A stretch of 64,000 nt of DNA from Acidobacteriota bacterium (GTDB taxonomy: Bacteria > Acidobacteriota > Terriglobia > Bryobacterales > Bryobacteraceae), in contig JACQZS010000206.1 of NCBI GenBank assembly GCA_016213725.1, forward strand, positions 11,633-75,632, in the 5' to 3' direction. The translations under genes were made by a program, and so were the position numbers. This document shows, one piece after another, positions 47,746 to 57,231 of this stretch (the stretch's first letter is position 1; every line of letters begins with the position of its first letter). Under the pieces are notes generated by a model. That model worked only from the letters and a program-made list of their open reading frames with translations, was not told the DNA's origin and did no database searches.

Positions 47746-49986
47746 TTACTTCTTGAACGGCACGTCCGCGCCGGCCTTGCCGGCGCGTTTCGGCAGGGTG
47801 CCCGCTTTCCACGCCCGGGCCATCGCCACATCTTCATCCGCCTTCGCCCCCAGCGCGGGAATGTCCACATAGCCCACGCGATTCAGCAACTGCGGTTTGT
47901 ACTGCGCTCCATAGACACCCGCATACCGCCTCCAATGGTCCGCCGCGGCGTTCAGATGCTTCACCGCCGCTTCTCTCCTCACCGCCTCCCCCGTCCCATC
48001 GAACAGCGCCAACTCAGCCGCCCCCAGGATCTTCTCCGCATAGTAATTCCCCAGGTGCGCCATCGCTTCAATGTCCCCCAGCGTAAGCCGCGCCTCTCTG
48101 TCCGCCCCCGCCGGCTTCCGCAACTCCGGCAGCCGGGCCAGAGCGTCTCCCGCATTCTTCTTCAGCGCCGCCGCCACCTCCAACGGCGTTGTCCCGCCCA
48201 TCTCCTGCTTCTCCAATACCCGCTCCCGCCATGTCAGAATGTCCAGGTTTCCGCTCCCCGGCATCGTCTCCCCCTCGATGAAGTGCCGCACCGTGTAGTA
48301 GCCCTTGTGCCGCCGGTGGCTCAGGCACGCCTCCGGAAACCATCTCAGATCGATGTCGCCCCAGAAGAACCGCGTGATCTCTGGAAACACCTTCGACGCG
48401 CTCGCCCACGCCGCCACCAGCGCCTCGGCCGGAACCTCCGGGAAACGCGCCCCCACAATCCGCCGCAGCCGCACATCGCTCAGCTCCGGATCGTAGCTCA
48501 GCCGCCCCCACAGCAGAAAGCTGTACCACTGCTTCTGCATCACCAACTCCGGCGCCGCCCCGCCATCCCGGCTCAAGTAATCCCGCCCCCAGATAAACCC
48601 GTCCGGACCCATATAGAACCCCGCCACCTTGTCCGGCCCCGGAATGTTCTTCACATACGCCCGCGCGTACTCCGCATCGCCCCACCGGAAGCTGTAAATG
48701 TCGTCGTTCCTCACCGTCAGCCATGTCCGCAATTTCGGGCTCAGATACGGCAGCGCCCCCTCCAGGTACGGCGGCTTCACCGCGGAGTACATGTGCGCAA
48801 TCGAGTACTTGAAGCTCACATCCAGCGGTCCCGGATACTCCTTCCACTCCCGCTGGATCTCCTCCAGTCCCGTCTGGTGAAAGCGGTGGATCATCCGGAA
48901 CTCGCGCCCCGGCTGCTGCTTCAACGCATCCCGCACGCCCTCTCCGTACGCTTTCCACAACCACTTCTCCCGTCCAAACTCGTCCTTCCGGTTCTCCATC
49001 CGCTCCCCGGCCGTAATGCCCATCCCGGCCAGCAGCGGATACGTCAGCACCGTCTCCCGCACGCTCTTCCGGAAGTAGTCCAGCGTCACGGGATTGTCCT
49101 GCGCCCCGGTAATCCCGTGTTTGCCCTCCGCTCCGTACACGAACATGTTCCAGGTGAACCAGTACGTGTCGATCCCCCGGTCCTTCGCATACTGCATCAC
49201 CGTCCGCCAGAAGTCGATCTTCTCTTCAATCGTCATCCGCCGCAGCGTCTCCATCCGCTCCAGCAGCGCCGGCCGCACCATGTCCGTGCCGTTGTGCGAA
49301 TAGCTGTCGTCCATCGGTACCGTGGTCCGCTTCACATCCGCTAGCGCCACCTCCGGATACTCCGGCACCTTCACAATCGAGGGAAACGGATGCAGGCTCC
49401 ACAGCGACAGCACGTTGTACCGGTGCCGCGCCATCTCGTCCAGCAGCGTCCGCCAGAACTCCAGGCTCCACATCTCGCCGATGTTGGCCTGCGCCGGATC
49501 GCTGTTGTCCGAATAGCTCGGCGTCCGCACGTCCAGTGGGATATTGAACTTGATCCCTCTCTGCGCAATCCGCGGCGCCGCGTCTGAGTCCCGCGTCTCC
49601 TCCAGCGCGCCAATGCGGATCGACTCCGCAATCTCCAGCCCCCCATACATCGCCCCCGCCGCGTCCGCGCCCAGCACCAGGTACGTCCCAGCGCCCGCCC
49701 GCCGCACTGCATACGCCTGCGCCCCAGATGCCTTCGCCGCTGCCGCGGGAAACGCCTGCAATGCCGCCGCAACTTCTCCCGCTCCAGCCGCCAGCACAAT
49801 CTTCAGCGGCCCTGGCCCGGAGCAGCACTGCCCCTCAGCCGCAGAAATCCCTTTCCGCGTCAGCGCAGCCCGAATCTCACCCGCCGCAAACCGCACCGGC
49901 CCGGACCGCGCATCGTACAGAATCGACGCCGTCTGCCCCACCGCCGCGCACCCGCAGGCCAATAGAAGAATCGTGACTCTGACCAT
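47746..49986 (-). CDS. Secreted uncharacterised glycoside-hydrolase-like protein
   Basis: Signal peptide; N-domain G.D..GAMYG resembling GH20/GH67/GH115 N-domains; RGIKFN..W..LLDEMA..RYNVLSLW barrel. Confidence 0.65.
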   Translation of the reverse strand: MVRVTILLLACGCAAVGQTASILYDARSGPVRFAAGEIRAALTRKGISAAEGQCCSGPGPLKIVLAAGAGEVAAALQAFPAAAAKASGAQAYAVRRAGAGTYLVLGADAAGAMYGGLEIAESIRIGALEETRDSDAAPRIAQRGIKFNIPLDVRTPSYSDNSDPAQANIGEMWSLEFWRTLLDEMARHRYNVLSLWSLHPFPSIVKVPEYPEVALADVKRTTVPMDDSYSHNGTDMVRPALLERMETLRRMTIEEKIDFWRTVMQYAKDRGIDTYWFTWNMFVYGAEGKHGITGAQDNPVTLDYFRKSVRETVLTYPLLAGMGITAGERMENRKDEFGREKWLWKAYGEGVRDALKQQPGREFRMIHRFHQTGLEEIQREWKEYPGPLDVSFKYSIAHMYSAVKPPYLEGALPYLSPKLRTWLTVRNDDIYSFRWGDAEYARAYVKNIPGPDKVAGFYMGPDGFIWGRDYLSRDGGAAPELVMQKQWYSFLLWGRLSYDPELSDVRLRRIVGARFPEVPAEALVAAWASASKVFPEITRFFWGDIDLRWFPEACLSHRRHKGYYTVRHFIEGETMPGSGNLDILTWRERVLEKQEMGGTTPLEVAAALKKNAGDALARLPELRKPAGADREARLTLGDIEAMAHLGNYYAEKILGAAELALFDGTGEAVRREAAVKHLNAAADHWRRYAGVYGAQYKPQLLNRVGYVDIPALGAKADEDVAMARAWKAGTLPKRAGKAGADVPFKK

Positions 49987-50026
49987 ACCGCTCCTTCGCC
50001 AGAGCCATCATATCCGACCCGTAAAA

Positions 50027-50917
50027 TTACGCCAGCGCCGCCGCCGCCGCGTTAAACCGCACCTGCTCCGCGCTCTTGCACCCCGGAATCACCGCCGTCA
50101 CCGCCTCGTTCTGCAAGCACCACGCCAGCGCCCACTGCGCCATCGGCACCCCCTCCGGCACCTCTTCCCGCTTCAGTCTCTCCACCTCTGCCAGATCCCG
50201 CTCCAGCTTCTCCGCATCGAACGTCGACCGGAAATCACCCTTCACAAAACTCTCGCCCGCCCGGTATTTCACGCTCAACAGCCCGCTCGCCAGCGGTACT
50301 CGCGCCAGCACGCCCAACCCATCCTGCACGGCATACGGAAAGTACATCTCCTCCGGCCGCCGGTCCATCCGGTTGTACACCACCTGCAACGCCTCCGCCC
50401 CTACGCTCTTCGCCGCCTGCGCCTGCCCTTCGCTACCCTTACCCAGGATCGAAATCCCCACATGCCGGATCTTGCCCTCTCTCTTCAACTCCTCCAGCGC
50501 CCTCCACAACTCCTCATTCGCAAACCACTCATCCGACCCCGAATGAAACTGGTACAGATCGATCCTCTCCACCCGCAGCGCCTTCAGTGACCCCTCCAGT
50601 TGTTCCCTCATCCCCGCCACCGAAAAGTCCTCCGTCCTGTTCATGAACGAATGGAACCGGTGCCCGAACTTCGTCGCCACCAGCCACCGCTCGCGCCCCC
50701 GCCGCGCCAGATAGTCTCCCACCAGGCTCTCCGACAAGTGGTCCCCATAGCACTCCGCCGTGTCGATCAGGTTGATCCCCTCTTCCGCCGCCGCATCCAG
50801 CAGCGCATCCACCTCTCCCTGCGTGTAATCGTGCGCCCACTCCCCGCCCAACTGCCACGTCCCCACGCCGATCACCGACACCTCTAATCCAGTGCTGCCC
50901 AAGGTTCTGTATTTCAC
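50027..50917 (-). CDS. Aldo/keto reductase
   Basis: YRTLG.TG..VS.IG.GTW, DTAECYG, ATKFG, IDLYQFH and VIPG motifs; GTG start at 50917. Confidence 0.93.
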   Translation of the reverse strand: MKYRTLGSTGLEVSVIGVGTWQLGGEWAHDYTQGEVDALLDAAAEEGINLIDTAECYGDHLSESLVGDYLARRGRERWLVATKFGHRFHSFMNRTEDFSVAGMREQLEGSLKALRVERIDLYQFHSGSDEWFANEELWRALEELKREGKIRHVGISILGKGSEGQAQAAKSVGAEALQVVYNRMDRRPEEMYFPYAVQDGLGVLARVPLASGLLSVKYRAGESFVKGDFRSTFDAEKLERDLAEVERLKREEVPEGVPMAQWALAWCLQNEAVTAVIPGCKSAEQVRFNAAAAALA

Positions 50918-51035
50918 ACCGCGATTGTATCGAACCGCCCGCGCTGGACACTCCCTGCGCCGCGGGCGTATCGTTGCTCTTACGGCGCCCCGCGTCGCGC
51001 CCGCTCTCAAAGCCGGTTCAATAGGAGTCCCTGCA

Positions 51036-52340
51036 ATGCCGAAATTCTCGTCCGGCCTCACCCGCCGCGGCTTCGCCAATCGAACCGCGGCTCTCGCGGC
51101 TCTCTCCGCTTCGCCCACCGCCCTCGCCCAATCCCAGCCCGCGCCCGCCGCCCCCGTCTCCCCCAACGACCGTATCGTCATGGGCGCCATCGGCATCGGC
51201 GGCCGCGGCACCGAGGACATCAGGCACTTCCTCTCCGACCCCCGCGTCCAGATCGTCGCCAACTGCGACATCCGCGAAGACCGCCGCGAGTCCATCAAGA
51301 GCCTCATCGATAAAGCGCAGGGCAACCACGACTGCAAGATGTACTCCAACGCCCAGGACCTCCTCGCGCGCCCGGACATCGAAGCCGTCCTCATCGCCAC
51401 CAGTGACCGCTGGCACACCCTCATGTCCGTCTGGGCCGCCGAAGCCGGCAAGGACATCTTCTGCGAAAAACCGCTCTCCCTTACCATCGCCGAAAGCTAC
51501 GCCCTCGCCGAAACCGTCCGCCGCTACGGCCGCGTCTACCAGGCCGGCTGCCAGCGCCGCAACGTCCCTAACTTCGAACTCGCCGTCGGCCTCGCCCGCA
51601 GCGGCAAGCTCGGCCGCCTCCAAACCGTCTACGCCAACACCCTCGCCCCCCTCTCCCGCCTCGGCCACAACTGGTGGCCCGCCGAGCCTGAGCCCGACCC
51701 CCGCGTCTTCGATTGGGACCAGTGGCTCGGCCCCTGCCCCTGGCGCCCCTACAACGCCCGCTACCCCAACGGCGGCCGCGGCCTCTTCTGGGACTTCCAC
51801 GGCGGCGGCATCCTCGAGTGGGGCTCCCACACCGTCGACCTCTGCCAGTGGGCCGCCGATGCCGACCACACCCAGGCCATCGAGTACGAGCCCACCCCCA
51901 ACGGCGTCAACGCCCGCTATGCCAACGGCGTCAAGCTCGTCATGCGCCCCGACGGCTGGATGAACCTCGGCACCTGCCACGTCCGCTTCGAAGGCACAAA
52001 CGGCTGGGTCGAAACCGCCGACTCCGGCAGAATCGAACTCTCCGAAAACCTTCGCTCCGAGCACCGCACCGTCACCATGCGCGGCACCGATCCCTCGCGC
52101 CACATCCAGGACTTCCTCAACTGCATCCGCTCCCGCACGCAGCCGCGCTCCAACGCCGAGTCCTCCTGCAACGCCCATGTCACCTGCCATGCCGCCTACA
52201 TCGCCTGGCAGCTCGGCCGCAAATGCGCCTGGGATCCCGCCAAACGCGCCTTCGTCAACGACGAGCAGGCCAACCGCATGCGCTCCCGCGCCTACCGCGA
52301 ACCCTACCGCCACGACGCCATCTGCAACTCGCTCGGCTAA
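51036..52340 (+). CDS. Tat-exported Gfo/Idh/MocA oxidoreductase
   Basis: TRRGF Tat motif; IGIGGRG, CEKP, DWDQWLGP and WGSH.VD. Confidence 0.9.
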   Translation: MPKFSSGLTRRGFANRTAALAALSASPTALAQSQPAPAAPVSPNDRIVMGAIGIGGRGTEDIRHFLSDPRVQIVANCDIREDRRESIKSLIDKAQGNHDCKMYSNAQDLLARPDIEAVLIATSDRWHTLMSVWAAEAGKDIFCEKPLSLTIAESYALAETVRRYGRVYQAGCQRRNVPNFELAVGLARSGKLGRLQTVYANTLAPLSRLGHNWWPAEPEPDPRVFDWDQWLGPCPWRPYNARYPNGGRGLFWDFHGGGILEWGSHTVDLCQWAADADHTQAIEYEPTPNGVNARYANGVKLVMRPDGWMNLGTCHVRFEGTNGWVETADSGRIELSENLRSEHRTVTMRGTDPSRHIQDFLNCIRSRTQPRSNAESSCNAHVTCHAAYIAWQLGRKCAWDPAKRAFVNDEQANRMRSRAYREPYRHDAICNSLG

Positions 52341-52360
52341 ACCATCCAGGAGAACGAACC

Positions 52361-52999
52361 ATGCCACAACAACCCGCTCCACAGGCCGCCAAACCGGCCT
52401 CCCAGCCGAAGCCGCTGCCCGCCGTTCCCCCCGAGTTCGACGCCGCCCCCATCCTCGCCCTCGACGCCCCCAAGCTCGTCCAGTTGGTCGCCGATCCCAA
52501 GTCCACCGTCTTCCAGAAGGCCAAGGCCTGCCATCGCCTTGCCGTCATCGGCGGCAAGGACGCCGTCCCCGCAGTCGCCGCGCTCCTCGATCACCCCGAG
52601 CTCTCCAACTACGCCCGCTTCGCCCTGGAGCCCAACCCCGATCCCTCCGCCTCCACCGCGCTCCGCAACGCTCTCCCCAAGCTCTCCGGCCGCCGCCTCG
52701 CCGGAGCCATCACCTCCTTGGGCGTCCGCCAGGACCCCAAAGCCGTGGACCTGCTCATCAAATACATGGACCACGCCGACTCCGACGTCGCCGGAGCCGC
52801 CCTCGCCTCCCTAGGCCGCATCGCCACCCCCCAAGCTGCCAAGGCCCTCCATCAGGCCCTCACCAGTGTCCGCGCGGAACTCCAGCCCATCGCCGCCCGC
52901 GCGGCCCTCATCTGCGCCACCCCTGACCTGCTCAAGGCCCTCGCCGGCCCCAACGTCCCCAAACCCGTCCGCCTGGCAGCCCTCAAGCAGTCGTCCTGA
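52361..52999 (+). CDS. HEAT-repeat protein
   Basis: ACHRLAVIG...AVP, ARFALE, AI.SLG...D..AV and A..SLGRI repeats; SD AGGAG. Confidence 0.82.
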   Translation: MPQQPAPQAAKPASQPKPLPAVPPEFDAAPILALDAPKLVQLVADPKSTVFQKAKACHRLAVIGGKDAVPAVAALLDHPELSNYARFALEPNPDPSASTALRNALPKLSGRRLAGAITSLGVRQDPKAVDLLIKYMDHADSDVAGAALASLGRIATPQAAKALHQALTSVRAELQPIAARAALICATPDLLKALAGPNVPKPVRLAALKQSS

Positions 53000-53020
53000 T
53001 CTAAACAAACCACCAAGGTA

Positions 53021-53045
53021 GTGGCCGGGCGCAATGCCCGGCCAC
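53021..53045. terminator. Perfect 10-bp hairpin between convergent genes (terminator or REP-like)
   Basis: GTGGCCGGGC-GCAAT-GCCCGGCCAC. Confidence 0.55.
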
Positions 53046-53053
53046 ACTCCGTT

Positions 53054-54445
53054 CTAAACCACCACGAACTCCACCTCCAACAACCGCGCCACTTTCTTCA
53101 GCTCCTCCAATCGGTGCCCCACCCCCAACGCGCAGTGATGCGTCGGACCCTCCGCGCACCACCGGTTCACAAACTCCGCCGGCCCGTGTCCAAACCGCAG
53201 CCGCGAATTCGTGTTCCCAATCTTCAGCGTCGGCCCCGCCAGTGACTCCCCCTCCGCCGCCAGCAGCTTCAACGATCCATCCACCTTCTGCGTACACCCC
53301 ATCACCGTCACCGGTCCCGTCTTCACCTTGAACTCCACGCTCACCCCATGTCCCCGCTTCCCGTGATACAGACCCAGCCCTCTGAGCACCGGCTTCTCAT
53401 TGCTGATTGCGATGTGCCCCGGCCCATCGTGCCCCATCAGCACGAACTGCTCCTTGAAGTCCATCGCATAGAACTCCGTATATGACCCGCCCGCCCCCAA
53501 ACGGTCCATCAGCAGCATCGCCACGCACGTCTTCAAATCCCCCTCCCCGCTCGCCGGCACGCCCCGCGCCGTCAACAAGGAGTTCCCCAAAATAAGACCC
53601 GCCCCTAACCGTTCCGCCTCGTTCCCATCCAGCCCCCGGTAGTAATACGTCAACCCTTGCAGGTCGAAATCCGCTACCAGCCGGTCCAGCCCCACCGCCA
53701 CGCGCCCCGCCCACTCCAGGTCTTCCGCCACCACTGACTTGTCGATCGTGAACGCCGCCCGTGCCTCCTCCAGCTTGGCCGCCACCACGCTCTCCGCGGC
53801 CGCCGGCACCCGCTTGCTCAGGTCGCACATCTCCAGCACTTCCACGTGCGCGCCCAACTGCGCATGCACCGCCGTGAAGTCCGTGTACATGTCCAGCATC
53901 CCCGGATACGTGTGCCCCAGGAAGCCAATGCGAGACTTCCTCAGCGCCCGCGCCGCTCCCGCCGCCCGGCACCACGACAAAATCTCCCGCCACGCCGCCT
54001 CATCGTCCAATGTCCCCGAAACTACCTGGAACGGCACCCGCGCCCGCACGAACGCATTCGAAATCTCCGGCACGCAGCACGTGCTGCAGTTTGCCAGCCA
54101 CTCGCCCGTATCCGTGTGCTCGTAGTCCAGCGCCTCCACCGGCTGTAGATTCAGCACCAGCACCCTGACCTTCGATTGCTGCACGATCGGCAGCACCTGG
54201 CTCGACGTCGCATACGTCCCCACGTAACAAATCAACAGATCCAGATCCTGCCGCGCGAAGCTCTCGCCCGCCGCCCGCGCCGAATGCGCGTCGTCCACCA
54301 ACCCGGCGGACTCCACCGTCGCGCCGGCGCCCGCAATCCGCTCTTCCACTCTCTTCTGGTACCCCACCAGCCGTTCCCTCAATCCCGGGAACTGCTCCCA
54401 ATACGCCGCCAATCCAATACCAAATACGCCAATACGCGCCTTCAT
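53054..54445 (-). CDS. L-fucose/L-arabinose isomerase family protein
   Basis: GEGD, SYTEF, GHDG and C-terminal GPTHH.ALG.GH; start ATG 54445 with SD AAGGAG. Confidence 0.8.
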   Translation of the reverse strand: MKARIGVFGIGLAAYWEQFPGLRERLVGYQKRVEERIAGAGATVESAGLVDDAHSARAAGESFARQDLDLLICYVGTYATSSQVLPIVQQSKVRVLVLNLQPVEALDYEHTDTGEWLANCSTCCVPEISNAFVRARVPFQVVSGTLDDEAAWREILSWCRAAGAARALRKSRIGFLGHTYPGMLDMYTDFTAVHAQLGAHVEVLEMCDLSKRVPAAAESVVAAKLEEARAAFTIDKSVVAEDLEWAGRVAVGLDRLVADFDLQGLTYYYRGLDGNEAERLGAGLILGNSLLTARGVPASGEGDLKTCVAMLLMDRLGAGGSYTEFYAMDFKEQFVLMGHDGPGHIAISNEKPVLRGLGLYHGKRGHGVSVEFKVKTGPVTVMGCTQKVDGSLKLLAAEGESLAGPTLKIGNTNSRLRFGHGPAEFVNRWCAEGPTHHCALGVGHRLEELKKVARLLEVEFVVV

Positions 54446-54456
54446 CTCGCTACTCC

Positions 54457-57126
54457 TTACCGAAACTTCTCCGACGTAAACGCATAGCGGCCCGACCCCG
54501 CTTCGAACACCGCCGCTCCGCGTTCCATCCTCAAAAACTTCCAACCCGTCCGCCCGCTCTCTTTCACCGCGTCCGCCGCCCGCGCCGGCACCCAAACCTC
54601 CGCCGTCGCATTCACCGGAATCGCCACGTCCATCTTCAAATCCGCTCCCTCCACCCTCCACCGGCTCTCAATCCGCCCCCGGATCGAATCATAGTGCCCG
54701 CCCGCGCTCTTCAGCTCGCCCACCACCTCCGGCCGGATCAGAATCCGCTCAAAGCCCACTGATCCCGGCAGCTGATCGATCCCCGCCAGCCCGGTGATGA
54801 ACCACTCCTGCACGTGGCCCAGCATGCAGTGGTTCTGCGAGCTCGCCGGATTCGCATCCCACGCCTCCGCCAGCGAAGTCACGCCCTGCGCAATCTGGTA
54901 CCCATAGCTCGGCGCATTCGTCCGCGAATTCACCGCATACAATACGTCCCCGCGCCCCGCATCCGTCAAGGCCCGCACCACAAACCGGTACCCGATGTCC
55001 CCGGCCGTCTGCTGGTCGCCCCGCGAGTGAATGTCGCCCGCCAGTTGCCGCAAAGCTCCTGCCCGCGCGCTCTCCGGAGCCAGCCCCATCACTAAAGCGA
55101 TCGCCTGCGCCGCCTGGCTCCCCGTCCCGTAGTAGCTCTTCCCCGCATCCCAAAACGTCTCATGGAACCGCCGCTTCACCGTCTCTGCCTCCGCCGCATA
55201 GGAAGCCTTCTCCGCTGTCTTCCTCAGCAGCCCAGCCGACTCCTCCAAAACCCGCAGGTTCTGATATCGGAACGCCGTCGCCGTCACGCCCCGCGGCGTC
55301 AGCTTCGATGCCCCCGGCCCTCCCGGACCCACGTCGTACCAGTCCCCCAAACCCTGCGTCAGAATCGAGTCCTTCGACATCCCCGCCAGATACCGGTCGT
55401 ACTTCGCCATCGCTTCATAGCTCTCCGCCAACGCGCGCTTGTCGCCATACCACCGGTACAGCAACCACGGCACCGCCGCCACCGCGCTGCCCCACTCCGG
55501 CGAGTCCCGGAAGCCCCCGCGAAACACCGTGTACTCCGGAGCGATATCCGGCACCAGCCCCGCCTCCGTCTGCGCCTCGCGCGTGTCCCGCGCAATCTTG
55601 GCATAGAACGTCGCCGCGTCGAAGTTGTACAGAATCGACGGCCCCATCAGATGCGCCACCTCCAGCCACCCCAGCTTCTCCCTGTGCGGGCAGTCCGTCA
55701 GCACGCTCTGGAAATTCGCCCGCACCGCAAAGTCCACCAGCTCATTCGTCCGGTTGAACAGCTCGCTCGAACTCGTAAACCCTCCCGCCCGCTCCGCCGA
55801 ATTGTGCACGTAATCCGCCCCCAGGCTCACCACTTCCGCATCGCCGGTCACCTCCACATACCGGAACCCCGTATACGCGAACTTCGGATGCCACTCCTCC
55901 ACGCCCTCGCCCCGCAGCGTATAAGTGAAATACACTCCCTGCGTCGCGCTCCCCGTCGCGCTCCGCGTGTCCAACCGCCCCTCCGCATTCAGCAGCTCCG
56001 CCGTCGCCATCTTCACCGAAGATCCCGCCTTCCCCCGAACCTTCACCCGCGGCCACCCCGCCAGATTCTGCCCCAGATCGTAAACCCGTACCCCCGCCGC
56101 CGGCGTCGTTACCTTCACCGCCTCATATCGCTTCATCACCTTCACGCCCGCCGCCGCCTGCGCCACCAGCGGACCGCCCGGCTGCCCGTCAAACCCAGCT
56201 CCTCTCCACTTCGAATCATCAAACTCCGCCGTCATCCATCCCGGCTCATCCAGCCGCGCGTCGAAATCCTCCCCGCCGTGTATGCACGAAAACACCGTCG
56301 GCCCCGACCTCATCTTCCAGCTTCCATTCGTCCCCACCGTCTCCACTGACCCGTCCTCATACTCGATCCGCGCCATCACCAGCAGCACCGGCGCGCCAAA
56401 AGACCCCGTGAACTTCACATACCGCCCGCCCGGAATGCTGTAGAACCCATTCCCCAGCTCCGCCGCAAACACATTCGCCCCCCGCTTCATCTGCCGCGTC
56501 ACATCGAACGCCCCATACAGCACGCTCTTCCGGTAGTTCGTCCAAAGCGGCGCCAACACTTCATCGCCCACCTTCTCGCCGTTCAGGTACAACTCATAAA
56601 ACCCGCCCGCCGACGCGTACACCACCGCCCGCTTCACCGCCTTCGATACCTCAAACTTCTTCCGGAACCGCGGCATCGGCCGCGTCATCGGTGCCCGCGC
56701 GTCCGCAATCCAATCGCCCTTCCAGTCCTCTGGCCGCAGCACCCCCATCCCCCATTCCGCCGCCGCGCTCCATGGCCCCGCCTGCCCGTCTTTGTCCCAG
56801 GCCTGCACCTTCCAGTAGCACCGTTGAAACGATCCGAGCCTCTTGCCCGCATACTCCACCTGCGCCGCCGCGCTCGACGCCACCTGCCCCGAATCCCACA
56901 AATCCCCCACCCCTCGCGCCAGCTCAGCCGCCGTCGAAGCCACCACCACCCGGTACGCCGTCTGCCTCTGCCCCCGCTCGCTGGAACTCAGCGTCCAGCT
57001 CAATCGCGGCCGCTCCGCATCCACGCTCAGCGGGCTCTTCCGGTACTCGCAACGCAATCCCTCCGGCGTCACCGCCGCGCTCAAACAAAGCGGCGCCACC
57101 AGCGCCAGAACCAACTTCTTCTGCAC
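54457..57126 (-). CDS. Alpha-L-rhamnosidase (GH78)
   Basis: LRCEY..P, DLWDSG, DLGQN, TDCPHREKLGW, GDW, EAW and S.NH.MLG; GTG start at 57126. Confidence 0.9.
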   Translation of the reverse strand: MQKKLVLALVAPLCLSAAVTPEGLRCEYRKSPLSVDAERPRLSWTLSSSERGQRQTAYRVVVASTAAELARGVGDLWDSGQVASSAAAQVEYAGKRLGSFQRCYWKVQAWDKDGQAGPWSAAAEWGMGVLRPEDWKGDWIADARAPMTRPMPRFRKKFEVSKAVKRAVVYASAGGFYELYLNGEKVGDEVLAPLWTNYRKSVLYGAFDVTRQMKRGANVFAAELGNGFYSIPGGRYVKFTGSFGAPVLLVMARIEYEDGSVETVGTNGSWKMRSGPTVFSCIHGGEDFDARLDEPGWMTAEFDDSKWRGAGFDGQPGGPLVAQAAAGVKVMKRYEAVKVTTPAAGVRVYDLGQNLAGWPRVKVRGKAGSSVKMATAELLNAEGRLDTRSATGSATQGVYFTYTLRGEGVEEWHPKFAYTGFRYVEVTGDAEVVSLGADYVHNSAERAGGFTSSSELFNRTNELVDFAVRANFQSVLTDCPHREKLGWLEVAHLMGPSILYNFDAATFYAKIARDTREAQTEAGLVPDIAPEYTVFRGGFRDSPEWGSAVAAVPWLLYRWYGDKRALAESYEAMAKYDRYLAGMSKDSILTQGLGDWYDVGPGGPGASKLTPRGVTATAFRYQNLRVLEESAGLLRKTAEKASYAAEAETVKRRFHETFWDAGKSYYGTGSQAAQAIALVMGLAPESARAGALRQLAGDIHSRGDQQTAGDIGYRFVVRALTDAGRGDVLYAVNSRTNAPSYGYQIAQGVTSLAEAWDANPASSQNHCMLGHVQEWFITGLAGIDQLPGSVGFERILIRPEVVGELKSAGGHYDSIRGRIESRWRVEGADLKMDVAIPVNATAEVWVPARAADAVKESGRTGWKFLRMERGAAVFEAGSGRYAFTSEKFR

Positions 57127-57231
57127 TGCTCGTTCTCCAATCGGTGAATCGATTTTAGCGCCCTTGCCCCTTCCGTTGACTTCCGCCGCGCACCGCAATA
57201 CTGTTGTCTCAGCCTCAATTCAGGACCCCTC

